From: Octopus sinensis
Taxonomy: Eukaryota
Direction: 5' to 3'
Assembly (NCBI RefSeq): GCF_006345805.1
Contig: NC_043013.1
Coordinates: 52,266,001-52,330,000, forward strand
DNA length: 64,000 bases
Below are positions 26,660-38,950 of the stretch, in pieces; positions within the stretch are counted from its first letter, which is position 1, and the number at the start of each line of letters is the position of its first letter. Both the position numbers and the translations under genes were made by a program. The notes under the pieces were generated by a model, which worked only from the letters and a program-made list of their open reading frames with translations, had not been told where the DNA came from and searched no databases.

Positions 26660-26938
26660 TAATATATGTAACATTTAACACGCATATATAAAGTTTAACT
26701 TACATGTGTAATATTTAACATATATGCTTTTGCGTATATTTCTATTGTATTTCTATTGTACAGTCACGTTTTTGTATTTATGCATAACTGGTTGGGTTAT
26801 TTTGGCGTTGAACCTGTGTGTGTGTGTGTACGATTGTGTGTAAATGTACCTGTGTATGTATGTATGTATGTATGTATGTATGTATGTATGTATGTATGTA
26901 TGTATGTATGTGTGATGTATGTGTATATATATATATAT

Positions 26939-27289
26939 ATAAGGTGATGTTATGTTATCAACTTAATGTGACATTCCCACGAAAGGGAAGAATACTACTG
27001 CTATTCTGCTATTTAGCCCTAGGAAACACCGTTTCCAGTTGGCCTTGAGACATTTTTTGCGTCCTTATGTTTTCAAAGGGGGAGATAAGCACCTCCAAAG
27101 CCAGCATCCTGAGACTAGTTTCTGAGTCGTTGCTCATCATCAGTCTGGAGTAGCATGGCTTGTTAGCTGTCGATGCTTATTCGCCTGTCATGGCCAACTG
27201 GAAACGGTGTTTTCTAGGGCCAAATAACAGTAACATTTTTCCTTTTAATGGGACTGCCTCATTAAGTTGGCAACATAACATCACCTTAT
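26939..27289. repeat. Inverted repeat, arms about 105 bp, hammerhead motif in the spacer
   Basis: ATAAGGTGATGTTATGTT..CCGTTTCCAGTTGGCC versus GGCCAACTGGAAACGG..AACATAACATCACCTTAT. Confidence 0.88.
27108..27148 (-). ncRNA. Minimal type I hammerhead ribozyme motif, canonical core
   Basis: CCAGA CUGAUGA UGAG-CAACGA-CUCA GAAA CUAG UC | UCAGG: intact core, 4-bp stem II, palindromic stem III (ACUAGU), GUC site, stem I 4 of 5 pairs. Confidence 0.7.
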
Positions 27290-27331
27290 CATGCTGCTAC
27301 TGTATAAATCTCTCTTAGAGATTTAGAAATG

Positions 27332-27373
<42 letters not shown>

Positions 27374-27498
27374 CATTAGGTAAATATATTCAATAAGAAT
27401 ATTATATACTGAATTTATATTAAGTGCTCCATTGTATAAAGTAATATTAAAACTATTAAATTGTTTATATATTTAATATGAGCGATATATACGTATAT

Positions 27499-28212
27499 TT
27501 TTTAATAATATATTATTATTATTAATATAAAGAAATCAATATCGAATTTTCACAAAGATATACCCATATGAAAGACCTTATGTATTACAAATATATATAA
27601 ATAAATATTAAAAATATAAATATGATGTATAAAATAAATTTGAAAGTTAAAAATTTTTGAATTAATTATTGAAGCATCTTACGATCGTTTCGCAAAAGGG
27701 TTGTCCCTATAATGAAATCCTATATTGATAAGCACTTATAGACAACCCTTCTCCTCTTCAGAGATATAAAATATGAATATTGTATAATGTATCGAATGAT
27801 ATTTTAAAAAAAATTTGAATTAAAATTGTAAAATGGTGTTTGTTTTAGGATGTTTGTAAAATAGTGTTCGTTTGAAATGTAAAATAAAAATTAAAAATTA
27901 CTATTTTTGATGAGAGTCTTTAAATCCATATATTTTTCCTTGGTTATTCTACTGCGATAATCCATAATATTCATACTCAAAATCCGTCTTATTATCTTGC
28001 ATTCCAGTATAGTTCATGTAGTTAGTTCAGAAATGTGAAAACTGTATATACTTTAGTATGAGAGTCTTGAAATTCATATGAATTTATATTTTTAATATTT
28101 ATTTATTTATATATATTTTTAATACATAAAGTCTTTCATATGGGTATATCTTCGTGAAAAATTCGATATTGATTTTCTTATATTAATAATAATAATATAT
28201 TATTAAAAATAT
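27499..28212. repeat. Inverted repeat, arms about 125 bp, hammerhead motif in the about 450-bp spacer
   Basis: GATATACCCATATGAAAGAC versus GTCTTTCATATGGGTATATC and flanks. Confidence 0.85.
27675..27766 (-). ncRNA. Minimal type I hammerhead ribozyme motif with long stem II
   Basis: UAUCU CUGAAGA GGAG-AAGGGUUGUC..GACAACCCUU-UUGC GAAA CGAUCG UA | AGAUG: intact core, palindromic ACGAUCGU, GUA site, 5-bp stem I. Confidence 0.65.
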
Positions 28213-28225
28213 ATATATATGTATG

Positions 28226-28278
<53 letters not shown>

Positions 28279-30470
28279 GGGCTTGGTCGGCCCCTTGGGC
28301 TTGCGTTGTACTGCTTGTGCGTTGTGTGCGTGGGCGCGCTTCGTGTGTGTGGGCTTGCTTCGGATGTGCGCGTGCGTATGTATGCATACATACCCACACA
28401 CTCGCATGCATCCCTACCCACATACATACACGCACACATACTCACACACACACATACACACACATACCTGCACACACACACACATACATACATACACATA
28501 CATACCTACTTCAGACATACACACACACAGACATACACCCATACACTCACACTCACACGCATACACACACACACACATACACACGCACACGTACACATAC
28601 ACACACACACACACCTACATACATACATTACACTTGTATACACACACACTTACATTCATACACACACACACCTACACAGCCATACCCTCACTCAGACACA
28701 CACATCTACCTACACACACACACAAACACACACGGACACACACCCATACATACATACATCTACACACACACGCCTACACACATACATACCACACATACAT
28801 AAACACACACACATACAATATACACACATACGCACACACACAATATACTTATACACATGCACACACACACACATACATACATACACCCATATACACACAC
28901 ACACACACACATACTCCTATACGCACATACATACACACAGACATACACACATACACACTCACACAAACATACACACACACATACTTACACACACACCACC
29001 TGCACGCGCACACACATGCATGACAAACACCCATACACTCACACTCACATACGCACACACCAACATAAACACGCACACGCACACGCACACACACACCTAC
29101 ACTCCCACACACATGCACCTACATACACACACGCACGCATACACACGCATACACACATACATTACACACGTACACACACACCTACATACACATGCATACA
29201 CACACACACACACAAACATGCACGGACACACCCAGACATACACACATACACCTATATACACACGCCCACACACCTACATACACACACATATACACACGCC
29301 CACACACCTACATACACACACATACATACACACACATACACGGACACACCCATACATACTTACATACATACACCTATACACACACGCCTACACACCTACA
29401 TACACACACATGCATACACACACACACATGGACGCACACACACACACATATACGCACATACATATATACCCACACACATACACATACGCACATGCATGCA
29501 TGCATGCATGCACACGCGCACACCTACACGCATACACACACACACACGCACGTACACATACATACATACACACACGCATACATACACCCATACACATACA
29601 TGCATCCTACACACACATACATACACACTCACACATACATACACACACACACACTCACTCACACACCTGTATGTACGCGCACACACATGCACATACATAC
29701 ACACACACTTCCCCACACCCCACGTACATACATACACACTCACACACATACACACACACACACACACGGACATACATCTATGCACACACATACATACACA
29801 CATATCTACATTCATCGGACACACTGCCACCCGGACATACACACAGACACACTCACACATCCACACACATACATACTTACGCACATACTCGCAGGCTCGC
29901 GCACGCACGCGCTGCGCCGGTTCGCGTACGCATACGCTCCGCAGGCACCTCGCTCTTGGAACCGACAAGACCTCCCGCCCGTTCCTGGGACCGTCGCGTG
30001 TCGTTGGGTTTTCCACGCCCGCCTCCGCGGGACCACTCTTCCATCTTCCCCTCAGCTGGAGTCCTTTTTCCTTAACCCTCCCCCCCTTTTTCGTTACACA
30101 CACGCGCACACATATACACACATTGCTTAAAATATATACATTACTCTTACACACATTCAATCTACTCGCCATTTATACCACCACGACACTGGACACACAC
30201 ACACACTACTACTCAACACACGCTGGCACGCTACATACGCCCCCACCCCTCCCCTCCCTCCCTTCCTCCTTCCTCCTCTCCTTCCTTCTTTTTCTTACTA
30301 CTGACCTTTGTCTGCTAAGCTGACTACTATCTCGCCCTACCTCACACGCCTACACACAGACGCACACACTAACACACACATATAATTTTTTTTTTTTTTT
30401 CATCTCGCCTCACACACACACATACACACACGCACACGCACACACTCACACATACACACACATCTGTTGC
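28210..30470. repeat. About 2.2-kb degenerate (CA)n/(CATA)n tract
   Basis: Direct inspection; source of the 618- and 488-aa His/Thr ORFs. Confidence 0.95.
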
Positions 30471-30764
30471 GTTACCAACCTTGTCTCCACTCTTTTGCCT
30501 TAAAAACCCACTTTGCTCTGTTTTCGTAAACATCCGCCTTTCACCATGTGCAACTCGTAAACACCAGTCGTCTTTTTCTCTTTCCTTCCCTGTTGCCCGC
30601 TCTGGGATCTTTCTTTCCTCTCTCTTCTCCTTCTTTATGTTTCCGACGAAGAGCTCCGCTCGAAACGTCATACCTCCCTGCTTCCTTTTCCTGAGCGCCT
30701 ATTAATAATAATACTGTAATTGTTCCATTGTTGTTGTTTTTTTGTTTCCCGTTTGATTAAAATT

Positions 30765-30935
30765 ATATGTATATATATATATGTATATATGTATATATAT
30801 ATATGTATATACATATATATGTATATATATGTATATATATATATGTATACATATATGTATATACATATATGTATATATATATATATGTATATACATATAT
30901 GTATATACATATATGTATATATATATATATATATC

Positions 30936-30973
<38 letters not shown>

Positions 30974-31065
30974 GTAATTTGTATATATATGTATATATAT
31001 ATTATGTATCTATATGTATGTATATAATATTATGTATATATATGTATGTATATATATGTATGTAG

Positions 31066-31096
<31 letters not shown>

Positions 31097-31488
31097 GTAT
31101 ATATAATGTATATATGTAATAAATATATGTTATCTGTATATATATATATGTATATATGTTATATTGTATATATATATATATGTATATATATATGTGTATA
31201 TATATATGTATATATATATATGTATAATATGTAATATATATATATGTATATATTGTATATATATATATATGTATATATGTATATATATGTATATATAATA
31301 TATGTATATATATGTATATATATATATGTATATATGTATATGTATAGTATGTATATATATATGTATATATATATATGATATATATGTATATATGTATATA
31401 TGTATATATATATGTATATGTATATATATATGTATATATTTATATAATATATGTATATATATATATGTATATATATGTATATATTGTG

Positions 31489-31521
<33 letters not shown>

Positions 31522-31857
31522 GGCAATGGCCCAGTGGTTAGGGCAGCGGACTTGCGGTCGGAGGATCGTGTTTCGATTCCCAGACCGGGCGTTGTGTGTG
31601 TTTATTGAGCGAAAACACCTAAAGCTCCACGAGGCTCCGGCAGGGGATGGTGGTGATCCCTGCTGTACTCTTTCACACCACTCTAAAAGGCGGTGCTCCA
31701 GCATGGCCGCAGTCAAATGACTGAACAAGTACAAAAAAAAAATATATATCTATGTTATATATATATATTATATAATGATATGTATATATAATATATATAT
31801 ATATATATATGTAATGTATATATATATATATATGATTGTATATATATATATATATGG

Positions 31858-31896
<39 letters not shown>

Positions 31897-31917
31897 TGTG
31901 TATATATATATAATATG

Positions 31918-31964
<47 letters not shown>

Positions 31965-31980
31965 TTATAGTATATATATG

Positions 31981-32046
<66 letters not shown>

Positions 32047-32080
32047 GTATATATATAATATAATATAATATATATAATTC
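30765..32080. repeat. (TA)n/(TATG)n tracts flanking the chimeric SINE
   Basis: 30765-31520 and 31745-32080. Confidence 0.95.
31522..31742 (+). mobile_element. Family C 5' half joined to a family B 3' tail
   Basis: Matches family C to about 31680, then CTAAAAGGCGGTGCTCCAGCATGGCCGCAGTCAAATGACTG and an A-tail. Confidence 0.75.
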
Positions 32081-32668
32081 CAAGAGAGTTAGAGGTTGTG
32101 AATCTCCAACCAACTAAGGGATAACATCTATCCAATATACTGCTGGTAGAAAACCCAATTATTAATACACAAGTGTTTTTTCATTGCATGGCAATTACAT
32201 TACCGAGTGTAATAAATGGGTGAAGGTAAAAAGTTATTTCAGCCTTAATTTATACGGCAATAAGAAAATGGAGGGGATCAAGAGGTGGTAGTCATCAACT
32301 TTAGACATTATATTATGTCAATTTATTTATTTATTTATTTATTTATTCAAAAAGACAATTATAACAATATACATACATGTATAACATATTATGCTTTACA
32401 TATATAATATATAAAATATAAAATATAAAAATACCAGTAATTATTAAACTATATAACGTAGAGCGTAGAAAGTAGGATAATATCTTACAGCTGTTTCAGC
32501 CAAGAGGCCATAGCTCCCCATTCTACTTTTATCCCTCCAGTTAACTGAAGTATTTGGTAGATAAGATTAAGGTACTTGGGTGTGTCTCTGGGTTTCGTCA
32601 GAGAGTTTAGAAAGTTCGTAAGGTTAAGTTATAAATATAAATACATACATATATACATACTTTTAAAT

Positions 32669-32700
<32 letters not shown>

Positions 32701-33024
32701 GTTTATAGGGAGAATTCGCAAAAAAAAACAACAAAAGACGAAGAAAGGTGGTGTAGACAACAAACAGATGTATTAGTATAACGCTCGGGAAGTGAAAAGT
32801 CTTTAACGTTTCGAGCCTACGCTCTTCCACAGAAAGGAACACAGAAAGAAACAAGGAGAGAAAATAAAGAATGTGTAGTGGCTAGCGATCTGTCATATAT
32901 ATATAGTAATATATATATATCTTCTCTTCTGGTTTTAATTATTTAAAATCTTCCTGTAAAGAAGGAGCTGGTTTCTAACAGAGACACAAATCGTCATCGT
33001 TGGAAAGTAGATAACAAAATCAGT

Positions 33025-33215
33025 GTCACATTTTAAACTTTATAAAAGTCTTGCATATATTCACCGTTCCACTTATACATTGTATTTGTAACATGCAAAT
33101 TACCAGGTTTCTTTTTCTGAAAACTCTAGCGTATTCAGATTGTTGTTTAGGCATTTACTTACAAAAAACCCTCCCCACCCACAAAAACCCCCCATGTGTA
33201 CCAATTATTGTTGGT
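33025..33215 (-). mobile_element. 3' fragment of the same RLE-type LINE family
   Basis: Shares TTATAAA(A)GTCTTGCATAT with the 52690 fragment; encodes ..VNICKTFIKFKM*. Confidence 0.5.
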
Positions 33216-33226
33216 ATAAATGTGAA

Positions 33227-33755
33227 TACAGTAATCCCTCGACTATTGCGGATGTTACATACCAAAACCCCCCGCGATAGGTGGAAATACACGAAGTAGA
33301 AACAGTATTGTATTTAAAAAAAAATATTTTTATAATTTGTATATATCTATTTTATTATAAATTCAAAACAACACTATGGAGGAATCGACGTAAGCTTAAA
33401 TAATAAACCACGATAGGTGAATGATTATGTATTTATGTATATAGGCTGCCTATCAAATCTCTTTACGATATGAAGCTTCAAAGTATAGAAGCTGTAAAGA
33501 TAATTTATGGACATCCTGTATATACATATAGAGTAATCTTTTGACTATCGCGGGTGTTACATTACAAAACCCCGCGCGATAGGTGAAAATCCGCGAAGTA
33601 GAACCAGTGCTGTACTGTATATTTTTTAGAATTATTTTTATGATTTGTATATATTTATTTTATTATAAATGCAAAATAACACCACGGAAGAATCGACGTA
33701 AGCCTAAATAGTAAACCGCGATAGGTGAACCGTGATATGGTGAGGGATTATTGTA
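33227..33755. mobile_element. Two tandem Tigger/pogo-like MITE copies
   Basis: TA-CAGTAATCCCTCGACTAT.GCGG.TGTTAC start, AGGGATTATTG-TA end; second copy starts at about 33530. Confidence 0.7.
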
Positions 33756-34208
33756 TATATGTTTAGAAACTGAAGCTTCCGAGGCAGTTGTCCGTATTAT
33801 CCTCTTTCTCTTTCGTTTTCAAAGATATTCCCAGAAGCAGGGCAGCTGACTTCTATGACGCCTCATGGTTTTTCTTCTCTGCCCCCCAACAACTGTATCC
33901 GATTTGTTATGTTTGCATTTGGTAGAAGTTTCGATGGGATTATTCCACCAATATTCCTTGCATTGATATTATGTATTCAATAACAGGGGAAATTCTTTAT
34001 ATTTATCCCATGACAGTCTTTTATTCGGATAGCACCGTATATTGTTTTAACAACAGTGTCATATCACACAAGCATGAGAAGGTTGTGCCTTGATAACATT
34101 TTTAGACAGATGCAGATGTGATGACTTTTACAGAAATGTGATATAATCGACATTTTTGGTTGTGTTTTGGGACTCCGAATGTTTCACTGTCTCTTTTGTT
34201 TATTACGT

Positions 34209-34602
34209 ACAAGCAGTATAGCCCGGCGTTGCTCGGGTTTGTTTTCTTTTCAACCCTTTAGAATTGGAATTTTTGAAAAGTAAAAAAATTCACATTATGT
34301 AGTTTGTTATTCTCTTTAAGTGAACATTTTTCTGGTTGAAATACACTGAAAAATGGCGACACAGCAGTCAAAAAATTGTAAAAAAATAGAGATTTTCATA
34401 GAAAAAAAGCAACTTTTTGATGTAAATAATTTTTGGTATTAACATGGTCCAATTTGAATTTTTTCTGCTACGGAAGGAAGAGCAAGCCTTCTTCTATCAT
34501 ACTCTCAATTTTGGTCAACTTGCACCGCAGGGTCTCGGAGAAGATAATGTTAGTTGAAGGCTACCAAACCTGTCACACACAGACAACTTCAGCTTTATAT
34601 AT
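34209..34602 (+). mobile_element. Helitron/Helentron-like non-autonomous element
   Basis: ACAAGCAGTATAGCCCGGCGTTGCTCGGG start with hairpin; ACAGACAACTTCAGCTTTATATA end. Confidence 0.5.
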
Positions 34603-35339
34603 AAAAAATTAGTAGCAATTTCCAAAGTGTGTATAATCTGTTCACCACAGTTATATGCGATAATCACACTTTGGTGTTTGTGTGTTTGCTGATTTGCTGT
34701 GCATTTCAGTTTTTGTGTATGACGAGGCCCTGCAAACCTGAACAGTCCCAGGTCCTCTCAAGTAAGTGTTAGGGTGTTAAAGACTCTAAACCAGTCCTAT
34801 AATGTGTGCTTCCCCCCTTCAGTTCTACAATATATTCTCCTTCTCATAGCCCCTCAATGTGCGCCTTGTTTTCCTGCGGTCCCTTCTATCAGCCCTACAA
34901 TTAGGCTTCTTAATTCTTCCAGCCCTAGAATGAGTACTCCTTTTCCCAGCTCTACATTGTGCACTCTCCATATCAATTTTTTTACTCCAAATTCCTCCAG
35001 CCATCATCTTCCTAACATCAACTGAAAAATGCAGTCGTAAAAAGAATAATTTACATCACGCAAGAAATCTATTATATAATTAATATAATTACCATACATA
35101 ACACCAAATGATTATATTTACTTGTAAAATTTTAGATGTTTCTCACCAAATCATGTAACAACACAATTCTCTTATCTTCACTGCCCTACGCCACTTCCGT
35201 CCTCCACCCTACTCGCTTCGGGAGGTGAGGAGACTCCTCTTGCTGTCTTCCGGATGTGACCTCCTCTACTCACATTATTGTTGAAATAAAAATGTCTTTT
35301 TATTGAATTAAGAAAAGGTCGTTCGGAATTTATGCGGTG

Positions 35340-35400
35340 CGGCCAGATTTTTGCGCCCTAGGCATTCGCCTAGTTTGCCGAGTGTGTGGGGCCGGCCCTG
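35340..35400 (-). mobile_element. Single hAT-like terminus
   Basis: Reverse complement starts CAGGGCCGGCCC...GCCTAGGGCGC; partner end not found. Confidence 0.45.
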
Positions 35401-36131
35401 TCCCCAAGTCTAAACTGAACTGTAGCCTAGTGTACGGTGTCCATATAGTGTATGCAGAAATATGAGAAAGCATGCAGAGTTTAGGTTCAATTGAACTGAG
35501 GTCCACGTGTATTTCATTAAGGAAAAAATGGTGAATTGTCCAATGGAACCGAGTGTTATATTTCCGTCGATATATTTAGGAAAGCAGTGGGTGTCGGTGT
35601 GCCGTCAGATCGCGATGATACCGATCCAGGAATCTGGACCAACAACGAAGCGAAATAGGCTAAAGGCAGCTTCAAGCTAAGATATCAAAATTCCGGATGG
35701 CGTACAAAGGTCTGCATCTGTTCAGAGTGAAATATCTTCCCGCTTTGAAATGGAAACACATTCTTTGTGAGAAATAAACGTTTGTTTTGTTTAAAGAACA
35801 AAAGAATGCCGATATTGTGGACCGTTTCTTCGTTGAAATTCAATGAAAGCTGTGGTCTTCTGCAATATCTCGCATAAACTCATGACGTCACAAATAGAGA
35901 CGATGACGGGAGCCCGTCTTCATCGTTATCTCAAACTTTCCACAGAAAGCTGAAACAGGGGAATTTAATGCCAGTTTTCGGAACCAGTTTAACAATACAC
36001 TGTTAAAACGAGTAGAAAAGTCTATGAAAAATTAAAATTAAAAAAGACGAACCTAAACTAATTATAGTTATATATAATTTTGATGATACTAATCTCTTCA
36101 ATGTTTAACATTTCGGAATCGTGTTATAATT

Positions 36132-36596
36132 ATGCAGAAATCTGTGAAAGCTCAGACAAAATTATTAAAAAATAAAATAATTAGTAACATAAGATATAAT
36201 CGTATTACCCATGGCCAAAGTCTTAAAGGTGATCCCCAGCAACTTTCTGCAAAAGTTCACCCAGCAGAGAAGAAGCAGAAATTTCTTCGTTCGGTAACTT
36301 ACGTGAAGACTCAACGTGACAAACGTACAAATAAAGTTAGTTTGGGCGAACGTATGAGACAGATCGAACTCCTTGAGAGGAGTTTGAGTCGAACATTGCG
36401 GCAGTTAAACGAGGGATTAAGCGACCTGACAAACACAAACAAAAAAATCCAAAAAGACTTGAAGAAATACATCCAGAAAAAGGAATTCGAATCTTTAAAC
36501 AACATAACTAACCGTGTTGAATTTTTAACCAAAGACTGCGAGGCTGCATCAAAGAATTTGTCACGATTAGTTCGCCAAGGTAACAATATTATTTAA
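36132..36596 (+). mobile_element. 154-aa helical ORF, possibly a Penelope-like element N-terminal remnant
   Basis: Non-repetitive, Lys-rich, coiled-coil-like ORF with ..KQKFL..RI/L..L..L...EF..L..E....KNL.RL spacing reminiscent of PLE N-termini. No splice context linking it to the host gene. Confidence 0.3.
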
Positions 36597-36602
36597 TTTG
36601 GT

Positions 36603-36832
36603 AAAGGCGGCGAACTGGCAGAAACGTTAGCACGCCGGGCGAATGCGTAGCCGTATTTCGTCTGTCGTTACGTTCCGAGTTCAAATTCTACCGAGGTCGA
36701 CTTTGCCTTTCATCCTTTCGGGGTCGATTTAAGTACCAGTTATGGACTGGGGTCGATGTAATCAACTTAATCCCTTTGCCTGTCCTTGTTTGTCCCCTCT
36801 GTGTTTAGCCCCTTGTGGGTAGTAAAGAAATA
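36603..36832 (+). mobile_element. SINE family A, full length, 18-bp TSD with one mismatch
   Basis: TSD AATATTA(T/A)TTAATTTGGT at 36585-36602 and 36833-36850. Confidence 0.9.
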
Positions 36833-36939
36833 AATATTAATTAATTTGGTTTTACTCTAATAGAAACGTTTTTTTTGCTAGCCACTACTTCTCTGCATTG
36901 AGGGGTTACAACTCCTTTGCTATGGACATGGGATTAGAG

Positions 36940-37140
36940 CAGTGGTTTTCAACCAGGGTTCTGCCAGTACAGTCCAGGGGTTCCGCAAGAAGTTACAAAA
37001 CTGCTAAAATCGGCAGTAATTTTTACATCTCCTGTGCAGATATGTGTGCATAAAACTATTAAATTATTGCAGAGGGGTTCCTCGAGCCAGTGGAATGTTT
37101 CCTTGGGGTTCCGCTCCAGCAAAAAGTTTGAAAAGCACTG
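36940..37140. mobile_element. hAT (Charlie-like) MITE, 201 bp
   Basis: CAGTGGTTTTCAAC / GTTTGAAAAGCACTG TIRs and a perfect 8-bp TSD GATTAGAG (36932-36939, 37141-37148). Confidence 0.9.
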
Positions 37141-37149
37141 GATTAGAGT

Positions 37150-37380
37150 GTCGCAGGAAAGTATCGCAAGACTGATTCTTCAAGCCGAACCAACCGGCAA
37201 GAAACCTAAGGGTAGACTAAGAACGAGATGGGTGGATACTACCCCATGGTTTCAGTTGGTCGCGCTTGGGAACATAACCGGAAAGCGTAATAACGGTTGC
37301 TTCTAACAGGACCCTGTGGAAGACCCTATCCCCAACGACCTTCCCAGGAGTAGAGAAGATGGATGGATTTAATGGAACAG
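37150..37380 (+). mobile_element. LINE (RTE-like) C-terminal fragment
   Basis: IARLILQAEPTGKKPKGRLRTRWVD resembles the G.RPRGRP..RW.D end of RTE ORF2. Confidence 0.5.
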
Positions 37381-37725
37381 TAGTAATAGTTCTTGTTGTT
37401 GTTTAGCGTCCAAGTTATCTCTAGTTGAGTAAACGTACGGTCAAAGGGACATTCCATTCGTGACCTTCCCGTCTTTTTAAAGCTGTCTGACATTTAAATA
37501 CGTTATCCGACGTATTCTTCATTGCTGAAGACGATGGAGTTTGAATTAAGGGAAATTTAGCTGCTGTTTCTTAAGGTTGAAAATCTGGATATATTGTACT
37601 CTGCTGGTGGTGCGGACGAAGTGGACTCGGTTAGAACATGTTTGCTGTGTCTTTTTTTGTAATTTTTTTTCGCTTTTTTCTGACCCGAAGTCTGTGGGTG
37701 CTTGTGTGTGTAGAGAGAGAGAGAT

Positions 37726-37776
<51 letters not shown>

Positions 37777-38719
37777 TTGTGGTGTTCCGGGTTTGTTGAA
37801 AATAAGTATGAGATCGACGTTTTTTGGCGATCATTCGGTACTAGTAACATAACTGTCACTTATAAACCCACGTGGGTTTATTTACATTTCTGAAGAGAAA
37901 AAGATACCCTCCCCCCAATCCCAACCCTAACCCTAACCCCACTTATATTAAAAAAATAAAAATTTTACGGAAAGTGACGATCTTCTTCAAATGTAAACAA
38001 ATACACGTGACGTAAATGGGACTCATATCGAAAGAATGCCTTTGCGTTTTGTCATTGTGGCCTGTTGCGTGTTGTTGTGGATTGTGACCTGCTGTGGGTT
38101 GTTTGTGAGTTGTGATGCATTGTTGTGGTGTGTGGTGGGTTGCAGTGGTTGCAGTCAGGAGGGCATTCCCTTCAATGGCTCAGTCGAAATAAGTCAGACC
38201 CCAAAACTAATCTGGTGCCGATCTGGGATTTATGGTAGATGTAAACAAAGCAAAACAAGTTCACATGTGGTGTAAATGCACACACACACACGAAGTGTGT
38301 GTGAGGCGGGCTTCCACACAGTTTCCATATACCAAATCACTCTGAAGGCATTGGTTAGCTCAAGTCTGTAGTAGTTGGTTGCTGTTTTTACATAGGTATG
38401 ATCTGAGGGAAATTTGGCTGCTATTTCTACATGGTTGAGTGTATGATTTGTGAGAGAACTGGCTGCCACGGAATGTGGTGTGGTTTGAGGGAGATTTGAC
38501 TGCTATTTCTAGCAGATTGAGTGACCACGTAACGGTATCTAATTTTTATCCTGTTAACTATATCTGTTGTGTAATTAGGGTTTGCAGTTAAAAAGCTGCA
38601 CCTTCCAAGATCTTTTTCTTTTTCTTCGGATGTTTCCAGAATTATTTTAATGTACTGGTGGTTTTGTATCCCCCCTTAACCTTGGTTCTGTTTCTTATTG
38701 ATCCCATTTGGCTTCTTTA

Positions 38720-38950
38720 CATCATCATCATCATCATCATCGTTTAACGTCCGCTTTCCAAGCTAGCATGGGTTGCACGATTTGACTGAGGGCTGGCGAA
38801 CCAGATGGCTGTACCAGGCTCCAATCTTGATCTGGCAGAGTTTCTACAGCTTGAGGCTATTCCTAACACCAACCACTCCGAGAGTGTAGTGGGTGCTTTT
38901 ACATGCCACCGGCATGAGAGCCAGTCAGGCGGTACTGGCAATGGCCATGA
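38720..38950 (-). mobile_element. Isolated RTE 3' tail
   Basis: Same tail motif with (CAT)n on the + strand. Confidence 0.8.

Noticed and set aside
28219-30323. 618-, 488- and 312-aa His/Thr-rich ORFs
   Set aside because: (CA)n/(CATA)n tract open in several frames; the GC-rich end looks like noisy or decayed repeat.
37918-37942. Interstitial telomere
   Set aside because: Only two or three TAACCC units, too short to interpret.
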